NCBI GenBank assembly: GCA_031409335.1
Contig: JANNWY010000055.1
Span: 1 to 35,105 of the forward strand
Direction: 5' to 3'
DNA length: 35,105 bases
Source of the DNA: Chthoniobacteraceae bacterium
GTDB lineage: Bacteria; Verrucomicrobiota; Verrucomicrobiia; Chthoniobacterales; Chthoniobacteraceae
Under the pieces are notes generated by a model. That model did not search any database. It was given only the letters and a program-made list of their open reading frames with translations, and was not told the DNA's origin. A program made the translations under genes and the position numbers. Shown piece by piece: positions 8,301 through 17,618 of this stretch (positions are counted from its first letter, which is position 1; every line of letters starts with the position of its first letter).

Positions 8301-9956
8301 TCACTGTCGGCGCAGGACGGTAAAGTGCCGGTAGGCCTCGTCGGTATTTGGAAAATCCAGCGTGTAGTGCAGGCCGCGGCTTTCGTGGCGCAGCAAGGCG
8401 CTATCCACGATCAGGGCGGCGACGCAGGCGAGATTGCGCAGTTCGAGGAGGTCGGTGGTGATTTTGTAGCCCCAGTAAAACTCCTGGATTTCGCGATCGA
8501 GATTCCGCAGCCGCGTAGCGGCGCGCTGGAGGCGTTTGGTGGTGCGCACGATGCCGACGTAGTCCCACATCAGGCGGCGGATTTCGTCCCAGTTGTGGTA
8601 GATCACGACGAGTTCATCGACATCGACCGCGCTGCCACTGACCCACGCGGGGAGGGGGAGAAGGTCGAAGGTCGAGGGTCGAAGGTCGAGGGCGGGGGAA
8701 CTCTGGCCGTCGGCCTTTGGCCTTCGACCTTCGTCTTCCGCCACAATGGCTTCGCAGCAGCGATGCGCGAGGACGCTGGCTTCGAGGAGGGAATTGCTGG
8801 CGAGCCGGTTGGCGCCGTGGAGGCCGGTGCAGGCGACTTCGCCGATGGCGTGGAGGCCGGCCAAAGTCGATGCACCGGTTTCGTCGGTGAGCACGCCGCC
8901 GCATTGATAGTGCGCGGCGGGGACGACTGGGATCGGCTGTTTGGTGATGTCGATGCCGAGCGCGAGGCAGGTGTCGTGGATGTGCGGAAACCGTTCGCGA
9001 ATGAAGTCGGCGGGCTTGTGGGTGATGTCGAGATAGACGCACTTCGAGCCGGTGCGTTTCATCTCGGCGTCGATCGCGCGGGCGACGATGTCGCGCGGCG
9101 CGAGCGCACCGCGTTCGTCGTATTTTGCCATGAACTCGCCACCCTTCACATCGAGCAGGCGCGCACCTTCGCCGCGAATCGCCTCCGAAATCAGGAAGCT
9201 GCGGGCGTCTTTGTGAAATAGGCAGGTCGGGTGGAATTGGATGAATTCCATGTTGGCGATTTTCGCGCCCGCGCGCCACGCGATCGCCACGCCGTCGCCC
9301 GTCGCGATGCTCGGATTGGTCGTGTAGAGATACACTTTTCCGCAACCGCCGGTGGCGAGAATGATGCGGTCGCTGCGCAGCGTTTTGACGACGCCGGTCG
9401 CTTCATCAAGGACGTAAACGCCGAGGACGCGGTCTTCGCTGACGTAGCCGAGTTTGGCGAGAGTGATGAGGTCCACGGCAATGTGGTTTTCAAAAACGTC
9501 GATGTTGGCGCTGCGCTCGATCGCGGCGAGCAGGGCGCGCTCGATCTCGCGGCCGGTCACATCGCGCGCATGGAGGATGCGGCGTTTGCTGTGGCCGCCC
9601 TCGCGGCCGAGGTCGAGTTCGTGACCGCCGTTCGGCAGTTCGCGTTCGTCGAAATTGACCCCGAAGTCGATGAGTTCGCGGATGCGCGCCGGTCCGTCGC
9701 TGACGATCGAGCGCACCACTTTTTCATCACACAAACCCGCCCCGGCATCGAGCGTGTCGGCGACGTGCAACTCGAAGGAATCCTCCGAACTGGTGACGCT
9801 GGCGATGCCGCCCTGCGCCCACGCGGTGTTGGATTCGCCACGTTTGCCTTTGGTGATGATGGCGACGCGGCCATGGGACGAGATGTTCAACGCGAAGCTG
9901 AGCCCGGCGATGCCACTGCCGATGACGATGAAATCGTAGTGCTTTATCTGAGACAT
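8301..9956 (-). CDS. nadB: L-aspartate oxidase
   Basis: MSQIKHYDFIVIGSGIAGL, SNTAWAQGGIA, REGGHSKRRILHA, MEFIQFHPT, LISEAIRGEGA, GLHGANRLASNSLLE, RHESRGLHY. The true start is ATG 9956, overlapping the end of panC; the ORF track over-extends it to 10439. Confidence 0.96.
   Translation of the reverse strand: MSQIKHYDFIVIGSGIAGLSFALNISSHGRVAIITKGKRGESNTAWAQGGIASVTSSEDSFELHVADTLDAGAGLCDEKVVRSIVSDGPARIRELIDFGVNFDERELPNGGHELDLGREGGHSKRRILHARDVTGREIERALLAAIERSANIDVFENHIAVDLITLAKLGYVSEDRVLGVYVLDEATGVVKTLRSDRIILATGGCGKVYLYTTNPSIATGDGVAIAWRAGAKIANMEFIQFHPTCLFHKDARSFLISEAIRGEGARLLDVKGGEFMAKYDERGALAPRDIVARAIDAEMKRTGSKCVYLDITHKPADFIRERFPHIHDTCLALGIDITKQPIPVVPAAHYQCGGVLTDETGASTLAGLHAIGEVACTGLHGANRLASNSLLEASVLAHRCCEAIVAEDEGRRPKADGQSSPALDLRPSTFDLLPLPAWVSGSAVDVDELVVIYHNWDEIRRLMWDYVGIVRTTKRLQRAATRLRNLDREIQEFYWGYKITTDLLELRNLACVAALIVDSALLRHESRGLHYTLDFPNTDEAYRHFTVLRRQ
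8660..8738. repeat. Heptamer-unit palindrome in frame within nadB
   Basis: GAAGGTC GAAGGTC GAGGGTC GAAGGTC GAGGGC (8660-8693) faces GGCCGTC GGCCTTT GGCCTTC GACCTTC GTCTTC (8705-8738). Confidence 0.85.
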
Positions 9957-10786
9957 AGATTGTCGATGAGCCGGGTCTTTCCAAAAAAGACGGCGACGGC
10001 GATGACGCAGCCAGGGCGCGCGGAAGTGATGTTTCCGAGCGTGTTTGCGTCCAGCACTTCCACGTAGTCGATGCGCGACAGCGATGCAGTCGCGATCGTT
10101 TTCACCACTAGTGCGCGGAGTTTCGCGGCGTTTTTTTCGCCGGAGCGAAATGCGGATGCCGCCGCCAGCAGCGCGCGGCGGAGCAGGGGAGCCTGCGCGC
10201 GCTCCTCCGGCGAGAGAAAGCGATTGCGCGAGCTGAGCGCGAGGCCGTCCGGCTCGCGAACGGTCGCCGCCGCGACGATGCGCAGCGGGAGATTCAAGTC
10301 GCGCACCATCCGGCGGATCACCATGCATTGCTGAAAATCCTTCAGCCCAAAAACCGCGACCGTCGGCTGGACGATCGTGAAGAGTTTCAGGACCACCGTG
10401 CAAACGCCGCGAAAATGGCCCGGCCGCGCAGCACCGCACAGCGGACCGGACACGCTCTCCTCATTCACCCACGTCGAAAAATCCGCCGGATACATTTCCC
10501 CGGCGCCCGGGCAAAAAATCGCGTCTGCTCCGTGCGCTTCGCAAAGCCGCCGGTCCGAGGCAAGCGTCCGCGGATAGCGGGAAAGATCTTCGTTCGGTGC
10601 AAACTGAGTGGGATTCACAAAAATGCTTACGATCACGAGTCCGCTCCCGTTCGCGATTTTTCGGGCGCGGTCGATCAGCGCGGCATGGCCCACATGCAGC
10701 GCGCCCATCGTGGGCACGAGAACCACCGGACCCCGGGCAGTGCTTGCGAGGCGGCGGATGGCTGGGATGCTGCGGAGGACTTTCAA
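9944..10786 (-). CDS. panC: Pantoate--beta-alanine ligase
   Basis: VPTMGALHVGH, SIFVNPTQF, RPGHFRGVCTVVLKLF, FGLKDFQQ, REPDGLALSSRN, TRLIDN. The likely start is TTG 10786, giving about 280 aa. Confidence 0.96.
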   Translation of the reverse strand: MKVLRSIPAIRRLASTARGPVVLVPTMGALHVGHAALIDRARKIANGSGLVIVSIFVNPTQFAPNEDLSRYPRTLASDRRLCEAHGADAIFCPGAGEMYPADFSTWVNEESVSGPLCGAARPGHFRGVCTVVLKLFTIVQPTVAVFGLKDFQQCMVIRRMVRDLNLPLRIVAAATVREPDGLALSSRNRFLSPEERAQAPLLRRALLAAASAFRSGEKNAAKLRALVVKTIATASLSRIDYVEVLDANTLGNITSARPGCVIAVAVFFGKTRLIDNLCLR

Positions 10787-10967
10787 GGGAAACCCGCCAT
10801 ACCGGACGTGCGCGAAAAGGCAAGCGTGAGAAGGCTTTGAAAAGGGTCGGTCGGGGTGCCATCGACGGCGCGCAGCGGGCAAGTGATCGGAGAATGCCGG
10901 CTCACCTCCGTGCCAGTCCCAGCCTTCATCTGGCGCTCAGTCGCAGCGGGGATATTCCGAATAAGAG

Positions 10968-10983
10968 CGGCGCGAGATTTGCT
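10968..10983 (+). promoter_or_regulatory. Sigma54 (-24/-12) promoter of the pilin-like gene
   Basis: CGGCGCGAGATTTGCT is GG-N10-GC and matches YGGCRCG-N4-TTGCW, 32 bp upstream of ATG 11016. Sigma54 control is typical of type IV pilin genes. Confidence 0.65.
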
Positions 10984-11015
10984 TGTGAATGTGCAAGCCA
11001 GACTCCCGGCGACCT

Positions 11016-11417
11016 ATGAAATCCGCACTACATCGACACTGGCAGGGGTTCACCCTCGTCGAGTTGATGATTGTGGTGGCCATCATCGCCCTGCTCGCAA
11101 GCATCGCCGTCCCGGCGTACGCGCGCTCCAGAAAGCGGGCGCAGGCTGTGCGCGTGCTTGAGGATCTTCGGACACTCGATTCCGCGGTCGATCAGTGGGC
11201 ATTGGAGAACAACAAAGCCGTCGGCGATATCGCGACTCACTCCGATCTCCAGCCTTACATCAAAGCGGGCACCGTGCTGAACAGCCAGGGAACCGATGCC
11301 CTCGGCAACAGCTTCGGCAACTCGTTCTCGGTGGATTTCATCCCGCGGGTGCCACCGCCGACCTACGGCGCGCTGTCCGACGTCGCGCCAGCGTCATTTT
11401 GGTCGCCATACTATTGA
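11016..11417 (+). CDS. Type IV pilin-like protein (prepilin N-terminal cleavage/methylation motif)
   Basis: Short basic leader, then QG/FTLVELMIVVAIIALLASIAVP (G-1, F+1, E+5); 133 aa. Confidence 0.9.
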   Translation: MKSALHRHWQGFTLVELMIVVAIIALLASIAVPAYARSRKRAQAVRVLEDLRTLDSAVDQWALENNKAVGDIATHSDLQPYIKAGTVLNSQGTDALGNSFGNSFSVDFIPRVPPPTYGALSDVAPASFWSPYY

Positions 11418-11441
11418 GCCACACCCAAGGGGGGCGCAATA

Positions 11442-11558
11442 GTAGGCGAGGTTTGTAACCTCGCGCGGGCGAACGCCGCGAGGCGGTGGAAGAAGGTGCG
11501 CGCTTTTTGCACACCGCGACAGCCTTCCCTGCTGCGCGAGGTTGGAAACCTCGCCTAC
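11442..11558. repeat. GTAG-type REP doublet (REPIN-like) between convergent genes
   Basis: GTAGGCGAGGTTTGTAACCTCGCGC (11442-11466) and inverted copy GCGCGAGGTTGGAAACCTCGCCTAC (11534-11558). Each is GTAG plus an internal hairpin GCGAGGTT-N3-AACCTCGC. Confidence 0.8.
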
Positions 11559-11585
11559 TTTGGCCGCCCGTCCGGCGGCATGGTG

Positions 11586-13118
11586 TTACGCTTGTTGAGG
11601 ACTGGCCGCGAGGGCGGCGGATGCTGGATTTGTGCGCGGCAGGGGCGTGAGGAAAAGATTGCGCCACTCGGCGCGCAGCCAGCGGGCGAGCCCGCGCAGC
11701 AGCGGGCGCGCGACGCTGGCGTCTGGCAGAAAGCCGCCGACCAGCACGCGGCGATGCAGATTCTCCGCGCCGAACACGCCCGCGGCGATTTTGCGCCGGC
11801 CGAGATGTGCGAGCCGGGTGTTGTAGGAGCGCATCACGCTCGCGACGACTTTCCCCGGGATGCCATCGAACGGGAAACTGCCGAACTGCGTGGCGGGATC
11901 GGAATACACCTGGCGCACCGGGCCGAGGTGATAACTGGCGATGTCGAGCAGCCACGCGGCGGTCATGAGTTCGGCGTCGCCCATGTAGAAATATTTGTCG
12001 CGATAGATGCCGTCGAACCACGCGCGGAAGCAGAACGCAAACCGCGCATTGTAGTCGTCGATCGCGATCGGCTCGCCCGTCAGCGCCCGCGCGATCAGTG
12101 ACTGCGCGCCCTGCGCCGTGAACGCGCAGAAATCCAGCCCCGGACTGTAGAGCGGATCGATGAATCCCGAGGCATCGCCCGCGAGCACCCAGCCATCGCC
12201 GGCGATTCGCTCGCACACGTAGGGCAGCGCTGAAAATGCGCGCTGATCGCCTGCCACCGCCCGCGCCTCGCCGAGCATCTCGCGCCCGACGGGATGCGTC
12301 TGAAAATGCGCGTGCAGCCGGTCGCCGATTGTCGCACCCGCCGCAGGCTGGAAAATCCGCGGGTCATAGACTAGCCCGATGCTCGTATCGCCGCCCTTCA
12401 GCGGGATGATCCAGCACCACCAGCCGTTGCCCATCAAATGATTCGTCGCCAGGCCGCGCGTCGTCTTCGTCGCATCCGCCCACTTTGGAAAACGCGCCCG
12501 CAGTTCCGCGCCATCCCAGTCTTTCACGTCCGTGAACCGCGCCCACAGCGCATTCACCGGATGCTCCGTCAGCGGGCGCAATTCCCCGAGTTTCCGCGCG
12601 ATCACCGCCGCCCGCCCGCTCGCATCCACGACCCATTTCGCATTCAAAACGCGCGTCTCTTCACCCATCCGCACCGTCAGCGCATTGCGCCCCGCTCCGC
12701 CCAGCTCGATCGTCTGCAATTTCGCAGGCCGCCAAATTTCACACCCCGCCGCGACCGCGAGCGAAAGCACGTGCTCATCGAGCGTCGCGCGATCCACCTG
12801 AAATCCCGGCAGCCGCGAATTGTACATCGCGCCGATTTCCGCGCAGTCCTCGAACGCATCCGCCGGAGTCCGCGCGAACCACATCCGCAATCCCTGCTTT
12901 GGCAACTGGCAATGCGCCAGATGCGACGACAGCCCGAGCACGCGCGTGAGAAAACACGAACTCACCTCCGTTGTCGATTCGCCGACTTTGCGATCGAACT
13001 CTGCGGCCTTCTCGACGATCACGACACGCCACGCCGGATTTCGCCGTTTCAGCAGCAGCGCGGTGGAGGCACCCGAGAAGGCGCCGCCGATGATTGCGAC
13101 ATCGCATTGAAATTCCAT
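11586..13118 (-). CDS. Flavin-dependent halogenase-like FAD oxidoreductase (tryptophan-halogenase superfamily)
   Basis: [48 protein letters not shown] (WxWxIP), [16 protein letters not shown]. Confidence 0.8.
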   Translation of the reverse strand: MEFQCDVAIIGGAFSGASTALLLKRRNPAWRVVIVEKAAEFDRKVGESTTEVSSCFLTRVLGLSSHLAHCQLPKQGLRMWFARTPADAFEDCAEIGAMYNSRLPGFQVDRATLDEHVLSLAVAAGCEIWRPAKLQTIELGGAGRNALTVRMGEETRVLNAKWVVDASGRAAVIARKLGELRPLTEHPVNALWARFTDVKDWDGAELRARFPKWADATKTTRGLATNHLMGNGWWCWIIPLKGGDTSIGLVYDPRIFQPAAGATIGDRLHAHFQTHPVGREMLGEARAVAGDQRAFSALPYVCERIAGDGWVLAGDASGFIDPLYSPGLDFCAFTAQGAQSLIARALTGEPIAIDDYNARFAFCFRAWFDGIYRDKYFYMGDAELMTAAWLLDIASYHLGPVRQVYSDPATQFGSFPFDGIPGKVVASVMRSYNTRLAHLGRRKIAAGVFGAENLHRRVLVGGFLPDASVARPLLRGLARWLRAEWRNLFLTPLPRTNPASAALAASPQQA

Positions 13119-13174
13119 CGGCAGCGTTACTAACCGAAGCGCGCGGCGGGCGCAAAATTTCCCCGAAAAATTCG

Positions 13175-13203
13175 TTGCCGGGTTCGGAGTCGCGCTCTAA
13201 CGT
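13175..13203 (+). promoter_or_regulatory. Sigma70-type promoter of tRNA-Asp
   Basis: TTGCCG-N17-TAACGT followed by a GC-rich discriminator CCGCCCC, 16 bp before the tRNA. Confidence 0.65.
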
Positions 13204-13219
13204 CCGCCCCTTCTTTCAA

Positions 13220-13296
13220 GGAGCCTTAGCTCAATTGGTCAGAGCGCCGCCCTGTCACGGCGGAGGTTGCGGGTTCGAGCCCCGTAGGCTCCGCCA
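13220..13296 (+). tRNA. tRNA-Asp(GTC)
   Basis: Acceptor stem GGAGCCT/AGGCTCC, D-arm AGCTCAATTGGTCAGAGC, anticodon arm CCGCC-CTGTCAC-GGCGG, T-loop GGTTCGAGCCC and encoded CCA; 77 nt. Confidence 0.98.
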
Positions 13297-13329
13297 GATT
13301 CCATGAGGATCTGGCGGCTGCGGGTTTTT
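13291..13329 (+). terminator. Hairpin overlapping the tRNA 3' end; possible bidirectional terminator
   Basis: CCGCCAGAT-TCCATGAGG-ATCTGGCGG (13291-13317), then a T5 tract at 13325-13329. The convergent RND gene ends at 13332. Confidence 0.5.
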
Positions 13330-13331
13330 GC

Positions 13332-16300
13332 TCAACCGGGGTTGTGCTGCGCCGGATTCCATTGCGACATCGGCGGGGCGGGGGATGGCTTCGTCCGCTG
13401 CCAATTCCGCAGCCGTTCCAAATACAAATAAATCACTGGCGTGAGATAGAGCGTGAGCATTTGCGAGATGAGCAGGCCGCCGACCACGGCGACGCCGAGC
13501 GGCTGCCGCGATTCCGCGCCCGCGCCGATGGCGAGCGCGATGGGCAGCGTGCCCATGAGCGCGGCGAGCGTCGTCATCATGATCGGGCGAAAGCGCACGA
13601 GGCAGGCTTCGACGATTGCGTCAGCCGGCGCGCGGCCATCGGCGCGCTGCGCGGCGAGCGCGTAGTCGATCATCATGATCGCGTTCTTTTTCACGATGCC
13701 GATCAGCAGCAGGATGCCGACGAAGCCGTACACATTCAGCTCCATGCCAAACGCCAGCAGTGCGAGCAGCGCGCCGAAGCCGGCGGAGGGCAGGCCGGAC
13801 AGGATGGTGAGCGGGTGGATGAAACTTTCGTAAAGCATCCCGAGCACGAGATAGATGACGAGCACGGCCATGATGAAGAGCAGGCCGAGACCTTTCAGCG
13901 ACGATTGAAACGCCTGCGCGGCTCCCTGAAAGCCGGTGCTGATCGTGGCGGGAATCTCGCCTTTCACCGCCGCCTCGATGCGGGGAATGGCGTCGCCGAG
14001 TGAAACGCCGGGCGCGGTATTGAAGGAAAGCGTGACCGCGGGAAGCTGGCCGAGATGCTGCACGGTGAGCGGGCCGGTGTTGCGCTCGATGGCGGTGAGC
14101 GCGCTGAGCGGCACGAGCTTCCCGGAGTGCGAGCGCACGTGGAGGCTCGTGAGGTCCACCGCGCTGTCCTGAAAGTTTGGGAGCACTTCGAGGATGACGC
14201 GGTATTGATTTGTGGCGGTGTAAATGGTGGAGATCTGCTGTGAGCCGTAAGCGTTCGCGAGCGCGGTTTCGATCTGGTTTGCGGTGACGCCGAGCGCGCC
14301 CGCTTTGTCGCGCGCGATCTTCACCATCACCTGCGGATTGGTGATCTGGAGGTCGCTCGTCACGTCGATCAGGCCGGGGAGATCGCGCATCGTGCGCTCC
14401 ACTTTCGGCGCGACGGCGTAGAGTTCTTCGAGGTCCGGGCCATGGAGCGTGAACTGGTAGAGGCTCTTTGTGAAGGAGCCGCCGAGCCGGATGGCGGGGA
14501 CGAGTTGCGGGAAAATTTTCAGCCCCACGACTGTCGCAAATTTCGGGCGAAGCCCGGCGATGATCGCCTCTGCGGATGGGCGCTGCGAGCGCGGCTTGAG
14601 ATTGATGATGAGGCGCCCCGAGTTGCCGGTCGAACTGTTTGGCCCGACGCCGACGCTGGACATGAAACTCGCGATGTGCGGATGGCCGTCGAGCAGCGCC
14701 GCGGCCTCCTGCTGCATCTCCACCATTTTCTCGAACGAGGCACCCTGCGCGCCTTCGGTGGAGACAAAGATCTGCCCGGTGTCCTCCGTGGGGATGAAGC
14801 CCGTGGGCAGTCTCGTGAAAAGGAACGCGGTCGCGACGGCGCTCGCGAGCGCGACGAGCAGGACGCTGAAACGGCGGCGCATCGCCACCCGGAGAGTGCG
14901 TTCGTAAAAGCGGAGCGCGGCGGCGAACACGCGTTCGCTCGCGGTGTAAAACCAGCCGCGGGATGCCGTCCCGTGCGGCTTCAAAAAACGCGCGCAAAGC
15001 ATCGGCGTGAGGGTGAGCGAAATGAAACCGCTGAGCAGGATGGCGACGCCGATCACGACGGCGAATTCATTCAGCAGCCTGCCGAGGATGCCACCCATGA
15101 AAAGGACCGGAATGAAGACCGCGGCGAGCGAGATCGTCATCGAGACGATGGTGAAGCCGATTTCCCGAGATCCCTTGAGCGCGGCATCCATCGGGGACAT
15201 TCCCTTCTCGATGTGACGCACGATGTTTTCGAGCACGACGATCGCGTCATCCACGACGAATCCCGTCGCCAGTGTCAGCGCGAGCAGTGAGAAATTGTTC
15301 ACGCTGAAACCGAGCAGGTGCATGACCATGAACGTGCCGACGATCGAGAGCGGCATCGCGATCGACGGGATGAGCGTCGCGCGCACATTGCGGAGGAAAA
15401 GGAAGATCACCAGCACGACCAGCGCGATCGCCAGGACCAGCGTGAACTCCACCTCGTGAACGCTGTTGCGGATGGTGATGGATTTATCCGAGAGGATGTC
15501 GAGCTGGACGGAGGGTGGCATCTGCGTGCGAAACGCGGGCAGCAGCGTCCTCACCGCGTCCACGACGGCGACGGTGTTTGCGCCGGGCTGTTTCATCACC
15601 GCGAGCACGATGCCGCGGGTGCCGCCGAACCAGGTGGCGATCTTGTTGTTCTCCACGCTGTCGATGACGCGCCCGAGCTGCTCCAGCCGCACCGGCGAGC
15701 CATTCCGGTATGCGACGATGATCTGGCGATAGCCGGCGGCGTCAAAGAGCTGGCCGCTCGCCTGCACCGTCGCCGCCTCGTTCGCGCCAAACAGCGTGCC
15801 GGTCGGCAGGTTCACGTTCGCGTCCTGGATCGCCTTTGCCACTTCCTCCACACCGACGCCGCGCACGGCCAGCTCGCGCGGATCGACCTGCGCGCGCACC
15901 GCGTACTTTTGCGTGCCGAAAATGCTGACCTGCGCGACGCCCGGCGTGGTCGAGATGCGCTGCGCGAGCAGCGTGTCCGCGTACTCGTTCACATCGGAAA
16001 GCCGCAGCGTCGGCGAGGTCACCGCGAGGAACAGGATCGGTGAATCCGCGGGATTGACCTTGCGATACGAGGGCGGGCTCGGCATGTCGCGCGGGAGCAG
16101 CCGCGCGGCGCCGGCGATGGCGGCCTGCACATCCTGCGCGGCGGCGTCGATGTTGCGGTCGAGATTGAAAACGATGGTGACATTCGAGATGCCGAGCGCG
16201 CTTGACGACGTCATCGAGTCGATCCCCGCGATCGTGCTGAACTGCCGCTCGAGCGGGGTCGCGACCGAAGCCGCCATCGTCTCGGGACTCGCGCCGGGAA

Positions 16301-16451
16301 GGCTCGCGGAGACTTGGATCGTGGGGAAATCGACATTCGGCAGATCGCTCACCGGCAGTCTGCGAAAGGCGAACAATCCGAATCCGAGAATGCCGAGCAT
16401 GACCAGCGTGGTCATCACCGGCCGACGGATGAATGGCTCGGAAATGTTCAC
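13332..16451 (-). CDS. RND efflux permease, HAE1 family (MdtB/MdtC-like)
   Basis: MNISEPFIRRPVMTTL, LPVSDLPNVDFPTIQV, YRKVNPADSPIL, GFVVDDAIVVLENI, GIVKKNAIMMID, RFRPIMMTT. GTG 16451 overlaps the stop of the adaptor gene (GTGA); 1039 aa. Confidence 0.95.
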   Translation of the reverse strand: MNISEPFIRRPVMTTLVMLGILGFGLFAFRRLPVSDLPNVDFPTIQVSASLPGASPETMAASVATPLERQFSTIAGIDSMTSSSALGISNVTIVFNLDRNIDAAAQDVQAAIAGAARLLPRDMPSPPSYRKVNPADSPILFLAVTSPTLRLSDVNEYADTLLAQRISTTPGVAQVSIFGTQKYAVRAQVDPRELAVRGVGVEEVAKAIQDANVNLPTGTLFGANEAATVQASGQLFDAAGYRQIIVAYRNGSPVRLEQLGRVIDSVENNKIATWFGGTRGIVLAVMKQPGANTVAVVDAVRTLLPAFRTQMPPSVQLDILSDKSITIRNSVHEVEFTLVLAIALVVLVIFLFLRNVRATLIPSIAMPLSIVGTFMVMHLLGFSVNNFSLLALTLATGFVVDDAIVVLENIVRHIEKGMSPMDAALKGSREIGFTIVSMTISLAAVFIPVLFMGGILGRLLNEFAVVIGVAILLSGFISLTLTPMLCARFLKPHGTASRGWFYTASERVFAAALRFYERTLRVAMRRRFSVLLVALASAVATAFLFTRLPTGFIPTEDTGQIFVSTEGAQGASFEKMVEMQQEAAALLDGHPHIASFMSSVGVGPNSSTGNSGRLIINLKPRSQRPSAEAIIAGLRPKFATVVGLKIFPQLVPAIRLGGSFTKSLYQFTLHGPDLEELYAVAPKVERTMRDLPGLIDVTSDLQITNPQVMVKIARDKAGALGVTANQIETALANAYGSQQISTIYTATNQYRVILEVLPNFQDSAVDLTSLHVRSHSGKLVPLSALTAIERNTGPLTVQHLGQLPAVTLSFNTAPGVSLGDAIPRIEAAVKGEIPATISTGFQGAAQAFQSSLKGLGLLFIMAVLVIYLVLGMLYESFIHPLTILSGLPSAGFGALLALLAFGMELNVYGFVGILLLIGIVKKNAIMMIDYALAAQRADGRAPADAIVEACLVRFRPIMMTTLAALMGTLPIALAIGAGAESRQPLGVAVVGGLLISQMLTLYLTPVIYLYLERLRNWQRTKPSPAPPMSQWNPAQHNPG

Positions 16452-17566
16452 AACTTTGGACGATCGGACTGCACGATTACCTTCGCGCCAGGCACGAGCC
16501 GGAGCTGCCCATTCGTCACGACGCGCTCGCCGGGTTTCACGCCACTTTCGATCACGATTTCCTCCCCGACCGCGCGCCCCATTTCGACGACCCGCAGCTC
16601 TGCCGTGCCGTCGTCTTTCACCACGAATACCTGCTCGCCGCGCTGCCCCACCGTGACGGCGCTCGCCGGCACGACGGTGGCGCCGCGCTCCGTGTCGAGA
16701 TGCAGCGCGACATCGACAAACGCGCCGGGCCACAGCGCCCGGTCTTCATTGGAAAAAGTCGCCTTCAGCGTGATCGTGCCAGTCGTGGAATCGACGGCAT
16801 TGGCGATGAACGTGAGCGTGCCTTCGCCGAGCGGTTTCCCATCGCCAGGGGAAAGCGCGGTCACGCCGATCTCCCGCGCGCCGAGGCCGCGGCGGATCGC
16901 CGCGAGATGTTGCTCGGGCACGGCAAAGGCGACGTAGATCGGGGCGAGTTGTTTGATCGTCGTCATCGGCGTGTCGGCGTTGTCCTTGACGAGATTTCCC
17001 ACCTGCACATCGAGCGCGCCCGTGCGGCCGGCGATGGGCGCCTCGATCGTCGCGTAGCCGAGGCGCACCCGCGCGATCTCGACCAGCGCCTCGTCGGCTT
17101 TCACCGCCGCTTCCGCCGCTTCCGCAGTGGTCCGCATCTGGTCGAGTTGTTCCTGGGAAATCGCGCCCTTGGTGCCGAGCGCGCCGTTGCGATCCGCATC
17201 GCGCCGCGCTCCCGCCGCCGCAGCGCGATCCCGCGCGAGGTTCGCCTCCGCCTGCGCGAGCTGCACTTGGTAAAGCCTCGGCTGGATCGTGAAAAGCAGG
17301 TCGCCCTTTTTCACATCCTGTCCCTCGCGAAAATTCACTTCGATCAATTCCCCGCCGACTTGCGCCTTCACTTCCACGGTCGCCACCGATTCCACGTTGC
17401 CGATCGCGCGCAATTTGATCGGCACGTCCTTTGTCAGCGCCATTCCCACATGCACCGGCACCGGTCCGCCACCGCCGCGCGACCCCGCCGTGGCGTCGGG
17501 CTTCCGGTCGCAGCCGACAGTGAGTGTGAGCGCAAAGGCAAACGCGAATGCGCGGGAAAAATTCAT
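16448..17566 (-). CDS. RND periplasmic adaptor / membrane fusion lipoprotein (MdtA-like)
   Basis: ATG 17566, MNFSRAFAFAFALTLTVGC lipobox, EVKAQVGGEL...FREGQDVKKGDLLF, IEAPIAGRTG, NAVDSTTGTITLKATFSN, LWPGAFV. Confidence 0.93.
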   Translation of the reverse strand: MNFSRAFAFAFALTLTVGCDRKPDATAGSRGGGGPVPVHVGMALTKDVPIKLRAIGNVESVATVEVKAQVGGELIEVNFREGQDVKKGDLLFTIQPRLYQVQLAQAEANLARDRAAAAGARRDADRNGALGTKGAISQEQLDQMRTTAEAAEAAVKADEALVEIARVRLGYATIEAPIAGRTGALDVQVGNLVKDNADTPMTTIKQLAPIYVAFAVPEQHLAAIRRGLGAREIGVTALSPGDGKPLGEGTLTFIANAVDSTTGTITLKATFSNEDRALWPGAFVDVALHLDTERGATVVPASAVTVGQRGEQVFVVKDDGTAELRVVEMGRAVGEEIVIESGVKPGERVVTNGQLRLVPGAKVIVQSDRPKL

Positions 17567-17618
17567 CGGCCGACGATGGACGCACGCCGCCCCGCCGCGC
17601 AAGCGAGGACGCAAAGCG

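Noticed and set aside
9957..10439. N-terminal extension of NadB in the 712-aa ORF (apparent fusion)
   Set aside because: It overlaps panC in another frame; NadB homology begins at ATG 9956.
13270..13296. tRNA-Asp as the attachment site of a genomic island
   Set aside because: No integrase is adjacent and I noticed no duplicate of the tRNA 3' end in the window (by eye only).
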